A DNA stretch of 64,000 bases from Amphiscolops sp. MND2022 (Eukaryota). The DNA lies in assembly GCA_964187785.1 (NCBI GenBank), contig OZ076411.1:37820001-37884000 (forward strand). Direction: 5' to 3'. This document shows, piece after piece, positions 24,708 to 37,789 of this stretch; position 1 is the first letter of the stretch; every line of letters begins with the position of its first letter. Made by a program: the position numbers and the translations under genes. The notes under the pieces are model-generated. The model saw nothing but the letters and a program-made list of their open reading frames with translations, did no database searches and was not told the origin of the DNA.

Positions 24708-25400
24708 TGTAAGCACTAAGGTCGTCTGTGTCTCTTAAATGAAAGGCGTACCATGAGTCCTTTTTGTAATTTTAGTTTTGAGCCCATTTGATCCTTCTCT
24801 ATCTTCCTGATTTTTGGTACCGAACCTCAGGTGGACTCAGTGTCCCTCTGTCCTGAAGACAGCGTGCCCATAGCATTTTGAATCTCTGGGATCACTCTAT
24901 CATTGATGGCAGAATTGATCGCCCTAGTTATCTGGACTTGTAGGATGTTCATAATTGAATCCGTCACATGGGATAACCTGAGATTCAATTCCTCTGATAA
25001 CATTTCCATAGACTCTGAGTGTTTATCTGACCTAGTGGTCTCAATTTTACAGCCAATGTTTCGATTCTCAATTTGCGGTGAAGGGATTTCGTAAGTAAGA
25101 GTGGCCTCGGTGTCATTTTGGCCGAAAGAATGATTTATTACAATTTCCAATTTTCTTTCTATAAAAATTGAATTGTTTCCACTAATAATCATGTCCATGT
25201 TGTTTTCATTGGACCTCATGTCCATTTCTCTAGATTTTCAAGCCTTTACTTTCTGACGTCTAGTGGAAGGCACATGAGATTATTTGCAAACAGAGTTTAT
25301 TTGAATGGTTTTAACAAATTGGGTATAACGGTATCAACGAAAATTGTGGTCCCGGGACTACGAGTCCCGGTTATTTATATGCAACACTGCATGACACTCA
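24708..25400 (-). mobile_element. LTR-like 3' portion carrying a degenerate ORF start
   Basis: Minus strand (M)PSTRRQKVKA*KSREMDM...QITRAINSAINDRVIPEIQN, ending ..GCTTACA at 24708; homologous to 51557-52143; far end not located. Confidence 0.6.
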
Positions 25401-25511
25401 AAATATAGGGTATCATCAATCTACTTTTAGAGCAAGAGTTCTAAAAATAGCTACAAAGGATTACGTGTCCTCACAAACACACAATGACGTACTTCTAAAA
25501 ATAGCAGCAAT

Positions 25512-25711
25512 NNNNNNNNNNNNNNNNNNNNNNNNNNNNNNNNNNNNNNNNNNNNNNNNNNNNNNNNNNNNNNNNNNNNNNNNNNNNNNNNNNNNNNNNN
25601 NNNNNNNNNNNNNNNNNNNNNNNNNNNNNNNNNNNNNNNNNNNNNNNNNNNNNNNNNNNNNNNNNNNNNNNNNNNNNNNNNNNNNNNNNNNNNNNNNNNN
25701 NNNNNNNNNNN
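25512..25711. other. Assembly gap (200 N)
   Basis: Run of n. Confidence 1.
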
Positions 25712-28700
25712 AGACTATAGATGTGACCCCTGGGATGAACCAACTATCTTTGACACAAATAAACTGTCTTTCAAAATCCAGGTTTTAAATCCTCAAGCCC
25801 AATCTACGGAGATCACAAACTTATCATCACCGCCGTCACCGATCCTGAAAAGAACAACACCATCTCCAACAACACCCGTCACCATCACGTCCACACCGAT
25901 AGATGCAGAGAACATCATCTGCATTGAGGATAAAACAATAAGGGCACATCAAGAAAGAGAAAAACGAGAGAATGCCGACCCTCCAGTAACACCTCCAAAA
26001 ACCGCACCCGTCACAGCAATGACAAACGACGACGTAGAAATCACTGAATCCACCTTAAAACTGCCTGAAGATTTAGATGACATCAAGGGTTTCATTTAAC
26101 ATGACCAAAATGACGACTACATTCCGTTAGTGTCCGCCATCGCTCTCAAGAAGAAAAAACGAATACTTTTCCTACCAGTTGAATTCAACAGGGACAAAAT
26201 CGACGCCCTAGTCGACTCAGGTGCGTACATTAACGCTATTAGTGAAGGGGACGCTGAAAAACTCCGCCAGATGGCTAGTCAATGTATTGTCAATGAAGCA
26301 CCCCCACCCCTTTTCAAAGTACAGTACGCTAATGCCGAATTAGAACAACCACTCGCCACGTACACCCTACGCTTCAAAATAGGGGAATACACCTTCGAAG
26401 AAACATTCATCATCATGAATCAAACGTCATTTCCCATAATCGGATTAGCGTTCCTACGTGAACACACCGCAATTCTCGACACTGCACAAGGAACCATTGA
26501 CTTCCCCAAGATCCAAATCACGATGGCACTCACAGATGAAAGACAAAAGTGCAATCCCAAACCCTTCACAATAAAGACCGAAGCCAAGCACACAATTCCC
26601 ACGCACTCTACCCGGATTATCTACGCAGCAATCCCCGTGAGTACCGAACATCCAATAACTGACACAATACAACCCTTACCGCAATTTGACGAATGCGCGA
26701 AAGTAATAGTAGCCCCAGCAATCACCACAGCGAGAGATAAAATGGTACCAATTAAAATCGCCAAAACCACGGATTTCCCATACACAAAAGGCACTGACAC
26801 CAAAATAGCCGAACTACAAATTCTGAAATTCCGAAATTCTGAAAGAAACAAAAATGATCCATCCAGTCGACATAGCCGCCCTGAATCTTCTCACCGAACA
26901 CGACGATGTGGTCACGTACATTAATGCATTAATGCAAGTAGAGCGGCCCGAAGATAATGAAGAGAAAACCTGGTTCCCAACTCCAGAACACCTAGGCAAT
27001 GAACAAGGACATTCGCCCATACAAAAGAGAATCTTGAAAGAACTACGAGATCTTGCCGAATTAGAAAAACTCGACCCAACCGAAAATGAAGAGTCCCGAA
27101 GCAAATTTCTATCCATGTTCAAATGGACAGATTCACTGATTACGGGTAATGACCGCAAAAACCTCGAAGACACCATTGTCGAATTTAACGACATCTTTGC
27201 CCGACACCGGTTAGACATCAGGATGAACACGCAAATCAAAGTCAGCATAACCCCACAGGACGACAAACCAGTCTACACACAAAACCTACCTGTCGCCATC
27301 AACCTCAAAGAAGATCTGACTGTGGAACTGACCCTCATGCATCGATACGGTATCATCACGACACTCCCCTTCTCCAAGTATGCCAGTCCCATATTTGCAC
27401 AACGGAAACCGAACGCCAAGTTGAGACTACTGGTGGATCTGCGCAAAATCAACGCACTCATAGCAGATGACTACATCAACAACAACCACCCTGTCAGCAC
27501 CCTCTCAGATGCACAACACCTAGCAGCGAAAAAACTATTTTGCAAGCTTGACTGCTCCCACGCGTACCACTGCCTTCAAATGGCAGATCAAAGGTCAGTA
27601 GAGTTACTTGCTTCCAATTTTGCTAGTGGGACGTTCGCCTACCGCCGCCTGGCACAAGGACTAAGCAGGGCTGTATCAGCCTTTTCGAGAATTATGCGTG
27701 AGTATCTGGATTCAGTCATCAAAGCAGACCAATGTGCACAATATGTAGATGACATTGGAATCAACGCAAATACAACGTAACAGCTCATAAAGAATACCAG
27801 AGCAGTCTTCAAGTGTATTAGAGAGGCAGGATTAAAACTGACCATCGAAAAACGTCACTTTGGAGTAACCCAGATCGAATTTCTCGGACGGACCATCACC
27901 CCTGACGGAGTAGCTCCGCAAAATCAAAAAGTCAAAAATTTCCTCTCCAAAGTTCACTTCCCCAAATCCAAAAAGCAGGTTCAAAAGTACATTGGCTTTG
28001 TCAACTACTACCGCAATTACATACCGCGCTTGTCAGAAAAACTCATTGGCATGTACGAACTTCTCAAAGCAGACTCCAAAATCAGAATCTCAGAGGAACT
28101 TGTAGATCACTTTAAAGAAATTAACGCCAGCTTAGCGGAAGCTTGTGGACTCGCACTCAGACAGCCCATAGCAGGAAAACAGTACGTTCTAATGACGGAT
28201 GCAAGTTTTCGTGCATCTGGTTACGCCCTCATGATCGAAGAGAACGATGAATGCAAACTACTCTGCAAACGGAAAACTTTCGCACCAGTAGCGCTCGGAT
28301 CACGAGTTTTCTCACCTGCCCAACTGAAATGTCCATTTACTGCAAGGAATTCTTGGCAATCTACCATGCCTTCCTTGAATACAGCCACATACTATGGGAG
28401 GAAACAATTCCGACCCTAGTCCTAACAGACAACCGCTCAGTCACAAGATTTTTCCAGTCAAAAACGACACCTCCTTCACTCTGGAATGCCTGTGACTACG
28501 TACTACAATTCAAGTTCCGAATCATGCACGTAGCAGGCTCCCAAAACACGGCAGCAGACTTTCTTTCACGACTTGAATTCACACCGAAAGAGAAGGTACA
28601 ACTGAAACTACGAGACGACATCCTAACGTCACCAATTGAGGTTAATCTACAATCATCAGATGTAGCCGATGAAGAACAACTTTTCTTCCTACCAGACAAA

Positions 28701-30640
28701 GAAGACGAATCCGAACAAGAAATCTTTGCACGAAAAGCACTCAGTTTGCGACGTGCTATAGACGAACACAAGAAAGAACTATCAACAAAAGTAACCGAAG
28801 TCATCAAGATACCGCTCAACTCCGCAGTCTACTCGTTCGGCGCAATTAAGGAAAATGCACGGATCAGAAACGAACAAGATGCAGAGCCTCTCCTCAAAGC
28901 ACTGAAACAACGGATCTCACACGAAGAATATGACAAACATCTTCTCAAAACTGAACGACGAGGACGAAACCTATTACGCCACGAAGAAAGAATCATTATG
29001 AAAGATGGAGTTCTAATGCGGAAGTCTACGGAGAAGACGGATCAGTTACACACAACCAAATCATAATCCCAAAACACCTAGTTCCAGAACTCTTGTCCAC
29101 CCTGCATGGAAAAACAAATACACACCCAGGAATTACCAAAATGATACGAGAATGCAGAGCGAAATAGTACTTCCAGGGTCTTGCACGCAAAATCAGAGCT
29201 TGGGGAACCAGTTGTCCAGACTGCATTGCCAACAAAAGAATTGACACGAGACAGATACGTCCCAAATTGCTAAGCAACACAGAATTCACAATGGGACCAG
29301 AAGACTGCCTAGAAGTAGACATCTTACCGAACCTACATTCCTCAAATTGATACCAACACATCCTAACGAAGATGGACGTCTTCTCTCGCTACTTTTTCGC
29401 ATACCCGACGCAGGACATGACAACAAAAACAGTGGCACGAAGCATAATTGATGTCATGACAAAGCATTGCTACCTACCAACCGTCATACTAACGGATAAA
29501 GGATCACAGTTCAGATCGGAGGTAGTCAACCAAATAGCCCAAACGCTTGACATACGGATAAGCCACGCATCAACAAAACATGCTCAAACAATCGGCATCT
29601 TAGAACGAACACATGCTTCTTTGTAAACTTCACTGGAAATATCAACGGGAGAATGCCGTTCCATGTGGCAAAAATATTTCCAAATTGCAGTCATGAACTA
29701 TAATACAAGCTACCACGAAAACTTATGGTGTGAACCCACGACAGTGTTCCACGGACGCATCCCGTACAACATCCTAGACATCAAACTTGGACTGAAGCCC
29801 AATTGGAAGAATGACAACACCGAAGAACTAACGGAACAACAACAAAAGCAATTAGCCGAAATCCATCATGCCGCTAAAGACAATCTAATGCAGTCCTACC
29901 TCAAATACAAACAGTACTACGACAAGAAAGCAACAGCTACGCCACTCAAAGTTAGCGACTACTGCTACGTCCTTAATCCGAAAGCAGACAATCAATCAAT
30001 GAAATTCGCCTTCAAGGATTGCATTTGGACTGGTCCCTACATAGTCGTCAAAGTACTCTCGAACAACAACTACGTCGTACGTCGCACAGGAACACGGTAT
30101 ACTCAATTCCTCCATAGAATTCGCCTAAGGCTATATGCGCCCAATCAGCGAGTACCTGACGTAACAGTCAGAAGGGAAGGTTACCTTCTAGATCCAGAGG
30201 TTAAAACAACCCACAATGATTGGTACGCGCAAGCTTGGGAAACCGAATTCGGAGAAGTTCTGTTCGGAAATACCACGGAAACGCCACTGAAGAAGCCACA
30301 GTTACAAAAATTACAAACGCAACAGAAAAAGACGACACTACAGCGGAAAATGACGCGGTTAAAACAGCCACAAACGAAACTACAACGGAAAATGACATGG
30401 CTCAAACAGCCACAAATGAAAATACTGAAGGGGATAAAACATCCTCCGACAACGTTACGTCTTTCAACCTAGATGTCAACAATATTCCATATATTTTGAC
30501 CCCACCACCTAAACAAAGCCCCCCAAAACACCTGAATTACCTCCTATAGTCGTTGGATACAATCCTAGGAAAGTAGGAAGATACATTTTACGACATAACC
30601 CAAGACCTAATGGCAATCCTGACTTCAGAATGCTTGACTC
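25712..30640 (+). mobile_element. Gypsy element 1: gag end + pol (PR-RT-RH-IN), decayed
   Basis: PR LVDSGA; RT FAQRKPNAKLRLLVDLRK, KLDCSHAY, YVDDI; RH LMTDASFRASG; IN HPGITKM..CPDC, DVFSRY, TDKGSQF, GILERTH; C-terminal GRYILRHNP; many frameshifts and stops. Confidence 0.95.
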
Positions 30641-30872
30641 AGTAACTACGGAAGACTCACGTCCAACTCAAGACTAGATAAAAAGGATCGATATACCAAA
30701 CCGAACCGGAATGGCTACGTCAAATTTTGCTCGGACTTTTTAAACTAAGTGTATATACTACGGATACTAGACGTACCCCAACGAAAAGATATATCAAATC
30801 ATCAGATCAACAGTACAATACACTATAACAACAAGGAGTCAGAATTCGCAATTTAATTCTTGGCAACTTTCT

Positions 30873-33800
30873 TCAGTTTATGGAATACTTCGGGATCTTC
30901 ATCTTGAGGCTGAGGATTTTTCTTCTTCTGAGACGCTTTTGGTGTTTTTCCTTTAGAAGAACATTTAACCTTTTCACCTTTTCAACAGACTTTGAACTCC
31001 GTTTTGTACTCGTCGTACTGGCTATTTCATTTTTTTCCTTCCCAACTGAACTAGAAGTGCTTCTCACAACGGAACTAGATCGTGAACCCTCATCCACACG
31101 CGCCAAACGATTGAGCCGTTTACACTCGGCATAATACTCACCACATGCTCGTCGTCACTCTTCCAGGAAATCACTATAAAGACGACAGAACGAATCGATA
31201 AAGGAATCCACACCAGGGCCACTCAAATCTGCCCACACGTTGTAGTCTGTCCCAATAAAAAAAGCTCCAGCAGTACCAAAGGCTGAACGTATTAAAGCCA
31301 GCGTATGCTCCGTGAAGAAGGATTGATGACAATAATCTGCACTTAAAATATGCGTTTGGACAATTCTGAGACACAATTGCACACAAGTTCTTCGCAGTCC
31401 ACACCCACTCAAATTCACAGAAAACGAAGGATATTTGCGATGCGGTTCTCCAACGACCAAACAACACAATTTAAAAATGCGCAGAACATGGCATCGTGAT
31501 CGGAAGAAGCAATCGTCCAACAAATAACGGCGCACATCCGAAATGTCACTAGCAGAACGTTCCAACCGACAATGCTGTCTCCTTTTCTCAATAGTGTAAG
31601 AATTATATTCATCCTGAGCAGCTTAAGCTTCGTCACTGGCAATAGCGTTGCATTTCATCAACACACGACACAGCTCGGAGAAGAACGCAAACGCAGCATT
31701 ATCGTCACCTTCCAACATGAGCTCTGGACAAAAGCTGTACAGCCCTTTCGACGCTACAGATTTCGAACTGGCACTTTCCGCAATCAGAACAGCGAGACGA
31801 TCAATGAACTCTCTACAACGAGTCCGAAACTTCGTCATCTCACTCGTCTTCACAGACAATAGGCTTCTACCGAAATCACACTGACCCAGAAAATCCTCCG
31901 GAGCCATAGCGGGAAAGCCAGCAATCTTGTCGACGTCCATGTACTCCTCCCATTCGAGGATACCAGGTAGCCCGAACAATTCTCGTGTCTTCATGAGGAG
32001 ACAATACACAAAGTTTCACATCTCACCGTAATTGTGAAATCCGTAATCGTTCCGTTTCTCTCTCAGCTGGGGCAGATGAATATGAACTGAAACATTAAAC
32101 ATTCAATACTAGCCTATATCGAGAAAAGGAAGACACAACTATGTTACAAAAACTACACCATCCCCCAAACTTGCCCGAAAAGAAAAAAATATCATAACCA
32201 TTCTACTTACAAGTATCCAGCATTAATCCAAAACTGCATTAATCCAAAACAGTACGTACGTCACCAATCCATCGGAAATCAATGTGTGGTCCATCCCTCT
32301 CAACTGAAACATAACACAAAGACGTCACCCCAACGGAACCATCGAATCAGCACCTAAGGGAAACTGAAAAAGAAGAAGAGGAAACCAGAGCCGCATATGA
32401 AAAAAACCAACAACACAAAAAAACTGCAACTAACATTATCAGGATGGTCATTCACGTGTGGTAGCCCTGTGCAGATCTTCATAAACAACGAATTCCTGAC
32501 GGACACACTGGCGGAGGAGAACCTTCCCTTCGGTCCAATCTTCATAGACAGCACATTTCAGACGAATGACAACATAATCCACTAAGCTGGTTACTTCCAC
32601 CATCCCAAAGACGTCTTGGTGGGCCTGCCTCACACACTGCAGAAAGACTTCCTCTGTAAACTGCAAATGAACAACAAAACGTTTTTCATCGTTCCAATTG
32701 TCCTCTATAACCCGAAGGAGGGAAGGACTTGCACCAGTAATACACAAGGGCAAACGCGCATTTGGCAAACTATGGACAAACTGAGCCAGAGGAACAAGTT
32801 CACACTTTGGCATGGGCTGCTCTGAAGACTCCCCACCGATGCAGATCCTATTCAACGAATTGGTTAGCCAACACATAATGAAGCATCGCTCAACGTCGGC
32901 ATCACTCTCATAGCACAGTCCATACTCGTTATTTGAACCCACAGCACTCAAGACGAGCCGTAGTACACGTGGAGCAAGCGCTTGACAAATTATCGGCTAC
33001 AATAAACAATAACAGTTATGTGGGCCGGAGAAAAAAAAGAAAAAAAACAAAAAAAACTTTCAACAAAAATATAAGAAATGAGGAATGAGGCTTACCACGG
33101 TCTCAGTTTGACTCCAACTCATCTGATACTCTGGAGCAATCGCTTTCAGAGAAGAACGAAAGTTAACCCATAATCGGCGCAATAGAGCAAAGTCGCCACC
33201 ACTCCGGAGCCACTCGCAGACACACGAGATCAACGTCATAAAGGGAACCTTTGACCCCACCTGAGAGTGTTTTGGCAGCAAATCCTCAGGGAAAGGAAAC
33301 CCTTCCGCCAGATCGACGAACTCTCGTGACTTGAAATCAGCAATTTGACCAGCTGACAGCTCCATAGGCTCTAGAAGCCTATTATACACAGGCAATCCCA
33401 TGTGCACTCGGTAGCTCACGTCTCGGTACCGGTGACCATCTGAAGAAAAATGCCTCTTGAACTCACCGGCACCATGGGCTTTCATCCGCACATCCCGGTG
33501 ACACACACGACAAAAGAAGAAAGTAGGCTTGCCGCACTTGGAACCACTGACAAAATCGGCATAAACCGGGTTCAAAGCCAACATTCGCTTTTGAAGATGC
33601 TTGCGACTACCATAAGTACGCACTCGTCGCTGATCACCAATCTTCTCCGAAAGCTGCGAAAAGCCTGCAAACAACAGAAAAAATCCCCAGCCGTAAGACA
33701 ATCGACTTTGAAACCACTAACCCCCCATACCTACGAAAACGATCAAACACCGCCTAACAATCGAAACACCAATCAGTACAAACCTGTTCCAAGGCTCTGC

Positions 33801-34950
33801 ACAATACGGCTCTCCACCTCAGCGATCAGTTGACGTCCAAAGCGCGCGAAATCACCAGGGCTCACAGGACTACCACCAGGGAAAAGAGGAAGATTGTCTT
33901 CACAATCTGCAACATTACACAACCCTTTAACAAATAGCCCAGACAATAGCGGAGTGAAAACACACGACAACATCAAGTGACAACAAACTACCGTTCAGCA
34001 GAGGATACTAACAGCTCAAGCCCCCTTCCAGAAGATCATGAAGCGTTGGAGTCCCGGACTCTATCTGACGAACGACTGGCTCAGTAAACCCAACGGTTGT
34101 TGCTCGTAATCGCCTCGTCTTCTTAGGAGTCACCGGAGTAACTCCGTCTTCCTCCCCCTCGTCATCACCATCTTTTGAGGAGGGCGGATCAACCTCGGCT
34201 CCCCGAGGCTCAATTTCAACATCTGCTTCAAGGAGGTACTGCCTACTCTCCTCAACCTGCACAGGAACGGCGACTATTGGAGACGAATCCGTGACAGTCT
34301 CGGAAGAACAGTAGATGTACTACATCCAGCCGCAGGAAGTACGGATGTCGGGAGAGTACTAAAAGCTGTGGCAGGGAGTACCTCGGAAATAGCAGGAAGT
34401 CCTCCGGAAGCCTCGGGCAGTACAGAACTCGTATCAATGGTGAACCCGGGAAGAGTAATGGGGTGAGTTACTGAAAATCAAGATCTGGTTCAGACGCGTC
34501 AGAGAAATCGGGTGAGACTACAAAGGCTGATCACCAAAACAGTAGTACAATCACCCATGAAAAACAGAAAGATTTTACCAAACCGTAGTGGGACGAGAGA
34601 TTTCCACGTCAGAATGAATCACATCATCGTCAGTGAAGTTAAATGACTTGTCATTCCGGCTAACAAACCCTGCAGAAGTACCGGGAGGAGGAACAGCATC
34701 TTCATCCGTGAATAGAGAAACCTTCAAGGCAATCTAAAAGAAAAGAAAATCAAGAAAGAGGAAAATACGCTATGTGAACGTAATTACTCAAAAGAAATTT
34801 ACAGCGCCACCCCTACGTATTCGAGGGAAATACATATTTTTCAACTTCACGGAAAGTCTATTGAGAGATTGAGGGGAACAAAACGTTTCCAAAACTCCCA
34901 CAGTTGAATAAAGTTCATCAAGAAGCTCTGAAGAAAACCCTATTAAAAAC
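30873..34950 (-). pseudogene. Multi-exon antisense cargo gene of Gypsy 1 (zinc finger + hAT-like C-terminal region)
   Basis: ORF blocks 33060-33701 (CRVC..KRH....H), 32448-32951, 31623-32009, 31155-31565, 30873-31106; phase-0 GT-AG intron 33095-32997; homologous to 61851-64000. The 5' limit is approximate. Confidence 0.75.
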
Positions 34951-35291
34951 CATCTTATAAAGTACGCTTTGTAGTCGTAATCCTATGCAGAAAATTGATG
35001 ACGTCACAACGACGCCATCAGAAGAAAAGAAGATTAAGATGAAAAATTTCCTATTTTGACCAATCACAGCGAAGATAAAAGTTCGTCGCCTTAAAAGGTC
35101 AGGACGGACCAAAACGAAAGCGGAAAATCAACCAATAAAATTGCGATAAAATTGCGAAGAAAAGGAAATTGAAACGGTCATTTGTCGTCCAAATCTTCAG
35201 CTTGACCAACTCAATGCATAGAAATTTTAGGTCTCAGTTTTTCTGCAATTCAGAACCTGAAAATTGTCACGAAAGCTCTCTGTTACCCAAA

Positions 35292-36001
35292 ATGAACAGC
35301 TACTCTTTAGTCATTGACATATCTTCTGATGAAGAAAACGCAATAACGAGCACACCACTGAAATCACTGCCCCTTAACATGATTGGCTCACTAAGTGATT
35401 CCTCAATTGAAGTATACCGCGGGAGTGATGCGGAGTTAGATTCTACTTTGAATCGCCCCAAAAGTCAGGATTATCTCCCAGGAAAAAGAAGAAACTGGGA
35501 AAAGTAACTTTCAACTTGCCCCTCACAGGGAATCCCGTCTCAGACTCGGATGAATATTATGAAGAGCCACCCACTCCGCAGAAACAACCCCTTTTAAAAC
35601 CTTCACGGAAAGTAAACGTGCCCCAAGAACTATTAAATGACCTAAATGAGCCCTCCTCTATTGGACCCATGAAAAAGTCGGCACGCGAGTATCACGAAGA
35701 ATTGTGCTCTATGGAAGAGAAGGAATACTTCGCTAAATTAGCCCTCGAGCTTGAACAAGAAGAAAAGAAAATAGCATACATGACAGCGGGAAAAGGACGT
35801 GGCCCCCATCAAGTGCGAAACTATATTAGCCGCCCCCCAGTTGTGATAAAGAAGGAGATCCCACACTGCCGCGCCCTACCACTATCTCTAGCTTCGAGAG
35901 AGGCCCCGTCACGACCCGCTCCCGGTCGTAATTTTACTTGTTGCTCGGGCATACCGGGATTCGGCAGAGGACACGGACAAGGACAAAGTAAATACTTTTA
36001 A
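35292..36001 (+). pseudogene. Sense accessory ORF (~235 aa, one frameshift near 35490), low complexity
   Basis: MNSYSLVIDISSDEE... joins KKKLGKVTFNLPLTGNPVSDSDEYYEE... via a frameshift in an A-rich run. Confidence 0.55.
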
Positions 36002-36537
36002 ACTACTAAAACTAATTTAATTCTACTTACGGTGCAACTAGATAATTGCAGATTTTTCCAGATACAGAATCTAACGTAAACGTTACGGAATATTTTCAAA
36101 AATGATTCTAAGCAAGCTAAAACTTCCGGTCAGATATTTTCACGCGCAACGCTATTTCTTATTTCCGGTTTCATCTTCTGATTTTTCCATACCAATCTAA
36201 ATATTAAAACAGAAACATTTTCTAAACGGGATCATTTTCTTAGCTGCTCCACACTGAAATGGTAACATCAAATATAAGAGTTAACTCCGAGACCCCAACG
36301 GAGTTCATACGATCGAAAATAGAAAACATACAAATAAAGAGGAGTTATTTTCTCCGGTATTAAAATAGTTGTCAAATATCTGTTTAAGACCCTAATCAAG
36401 TGATTCTAAGCAAATGTTTACAATGTTTTGACTGCGTGACTCAATTAAGCTAATAATGGGTGTTTCTATTTTTACGGACCAATAGCGTCGCTCCTTAATT
36501 GAATTATTTGAGCTCGAGCTAATAGCAACCGCGCTTG

Positions 36538-36552
36538 GTTGCCCCTAGCAAC
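36538..36552. promoter_or_regulatory. RFX X-box-like motif with nearby CCAAT
   Basis: GTTGCC-CCT-AGCAAC fits GTNRCC(N0-3)RGYAAC; CCAAT at 36479-36483. Confidence 0.3.
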
Positions 36553-37789
36553 GCCAGTTAGCTGAAAGAAAGAATGAATTCGCCTACGCTCTCCGCTTTA
36601 TCTCCGTCAGCCACCGCTGCTTGGCTATAACCAACCTTAATACGTACGGAGCAACTACGGAGCGAATTGTAAAATTGTCTTCCGCCGCTCAGCTATAGTA
36701 TATATTATTACGTACGGAGCACCTACGGAGCAATTCGTAAAATAGTAGCGATGAAGCATTAGTTTAAGAGGAAATCAAACGAGCTTTTTTTTCTGAATCG
36801 ACGCACTTAAAGGATTTTGGAAATAAGTCCTCATGTAAAAAGTTGTACCGTAAACAGAAGTTAAAACTATGGTTGAAGGGTAACGATACTGTGCTATTAT
36901 GACAATCTCGTAATCACGTTTATCTTACGTTACACTAAGGGTTTTCATGTATTCAGTAGTTAGTAACTTACAGGTAAAACATTTCACAGAACGTAACGTA
37001 AGATTAACGTCAAATCCAAACCATGTGCTATTCCTACCGAATAACCATCTTATTCATTCATATACGATGTTGATTCGGGTGCAAAGTAATTGTTGTTTGC
37101 AGGTATAATTTTTCCTACCTTTTTGTACTTTGTAGTTTGTACTTGCCACGATATGGCCATGTATAGGTCAAATTTGAGTTTACTGTAGATGCAGCTGTTC
37201 GATTTATACAATTAATTGTTGGTCGTCATTATATTTTTCCAGCATTGGTTGTTCCTCAATAATATCCAAATATCCACATTCTCAAATTCCCTTCGCTCCG
37301 TTTCAGTTCCGCTACAATTTTTGCGAGTCATTCTTTTGCTTCGAATCTCAACTTTCTTGAGTTGGGAATTGACTAATTGATCACGCCGGCGTGCCTACGC
37401 CGATGAAAATATAAGTTAGACTTTTATTTTGCCGCAATTTTGAGGCTTAGACAGGAAATGGATCGCCTGAAAAAATTGATTTCAACGAGGTTTTACGGAA
37501 TACCGACGCAACTAGGAATTTCGATACCTGATTTTATGAGGGACTGAAATAATTTGAATCATAAGCGCTTTTTGATGAACAAACCCGATTTTTACAATAC
37601 CTAGGAATTTTTAGGTGAGAAACAAATGATGCTAGGAAGGTATAAATACTTAGACAGGGCATGTAAATTTAGTTAGTTAACTTTGCTTGTTGTAATAAAC
37701 TTAAACTGTTCCGTTGCTTTAACGTTAAACAAAAATCCTCTTCGAAGAATTCACCTCTTGCCGGAAAACCTACTTTTCTAACTGCAAAA

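Noticed and set aside
24815-24828. TGGTACCGAACC as a plus-strand PBS
   Set aside because: Not preceded by an LTR-like CA end; it lies within the minus-strand LTR ORF region.
25465-25788. ORFs spanning poly-X
   Set aside because: Artefacts of the N gap.
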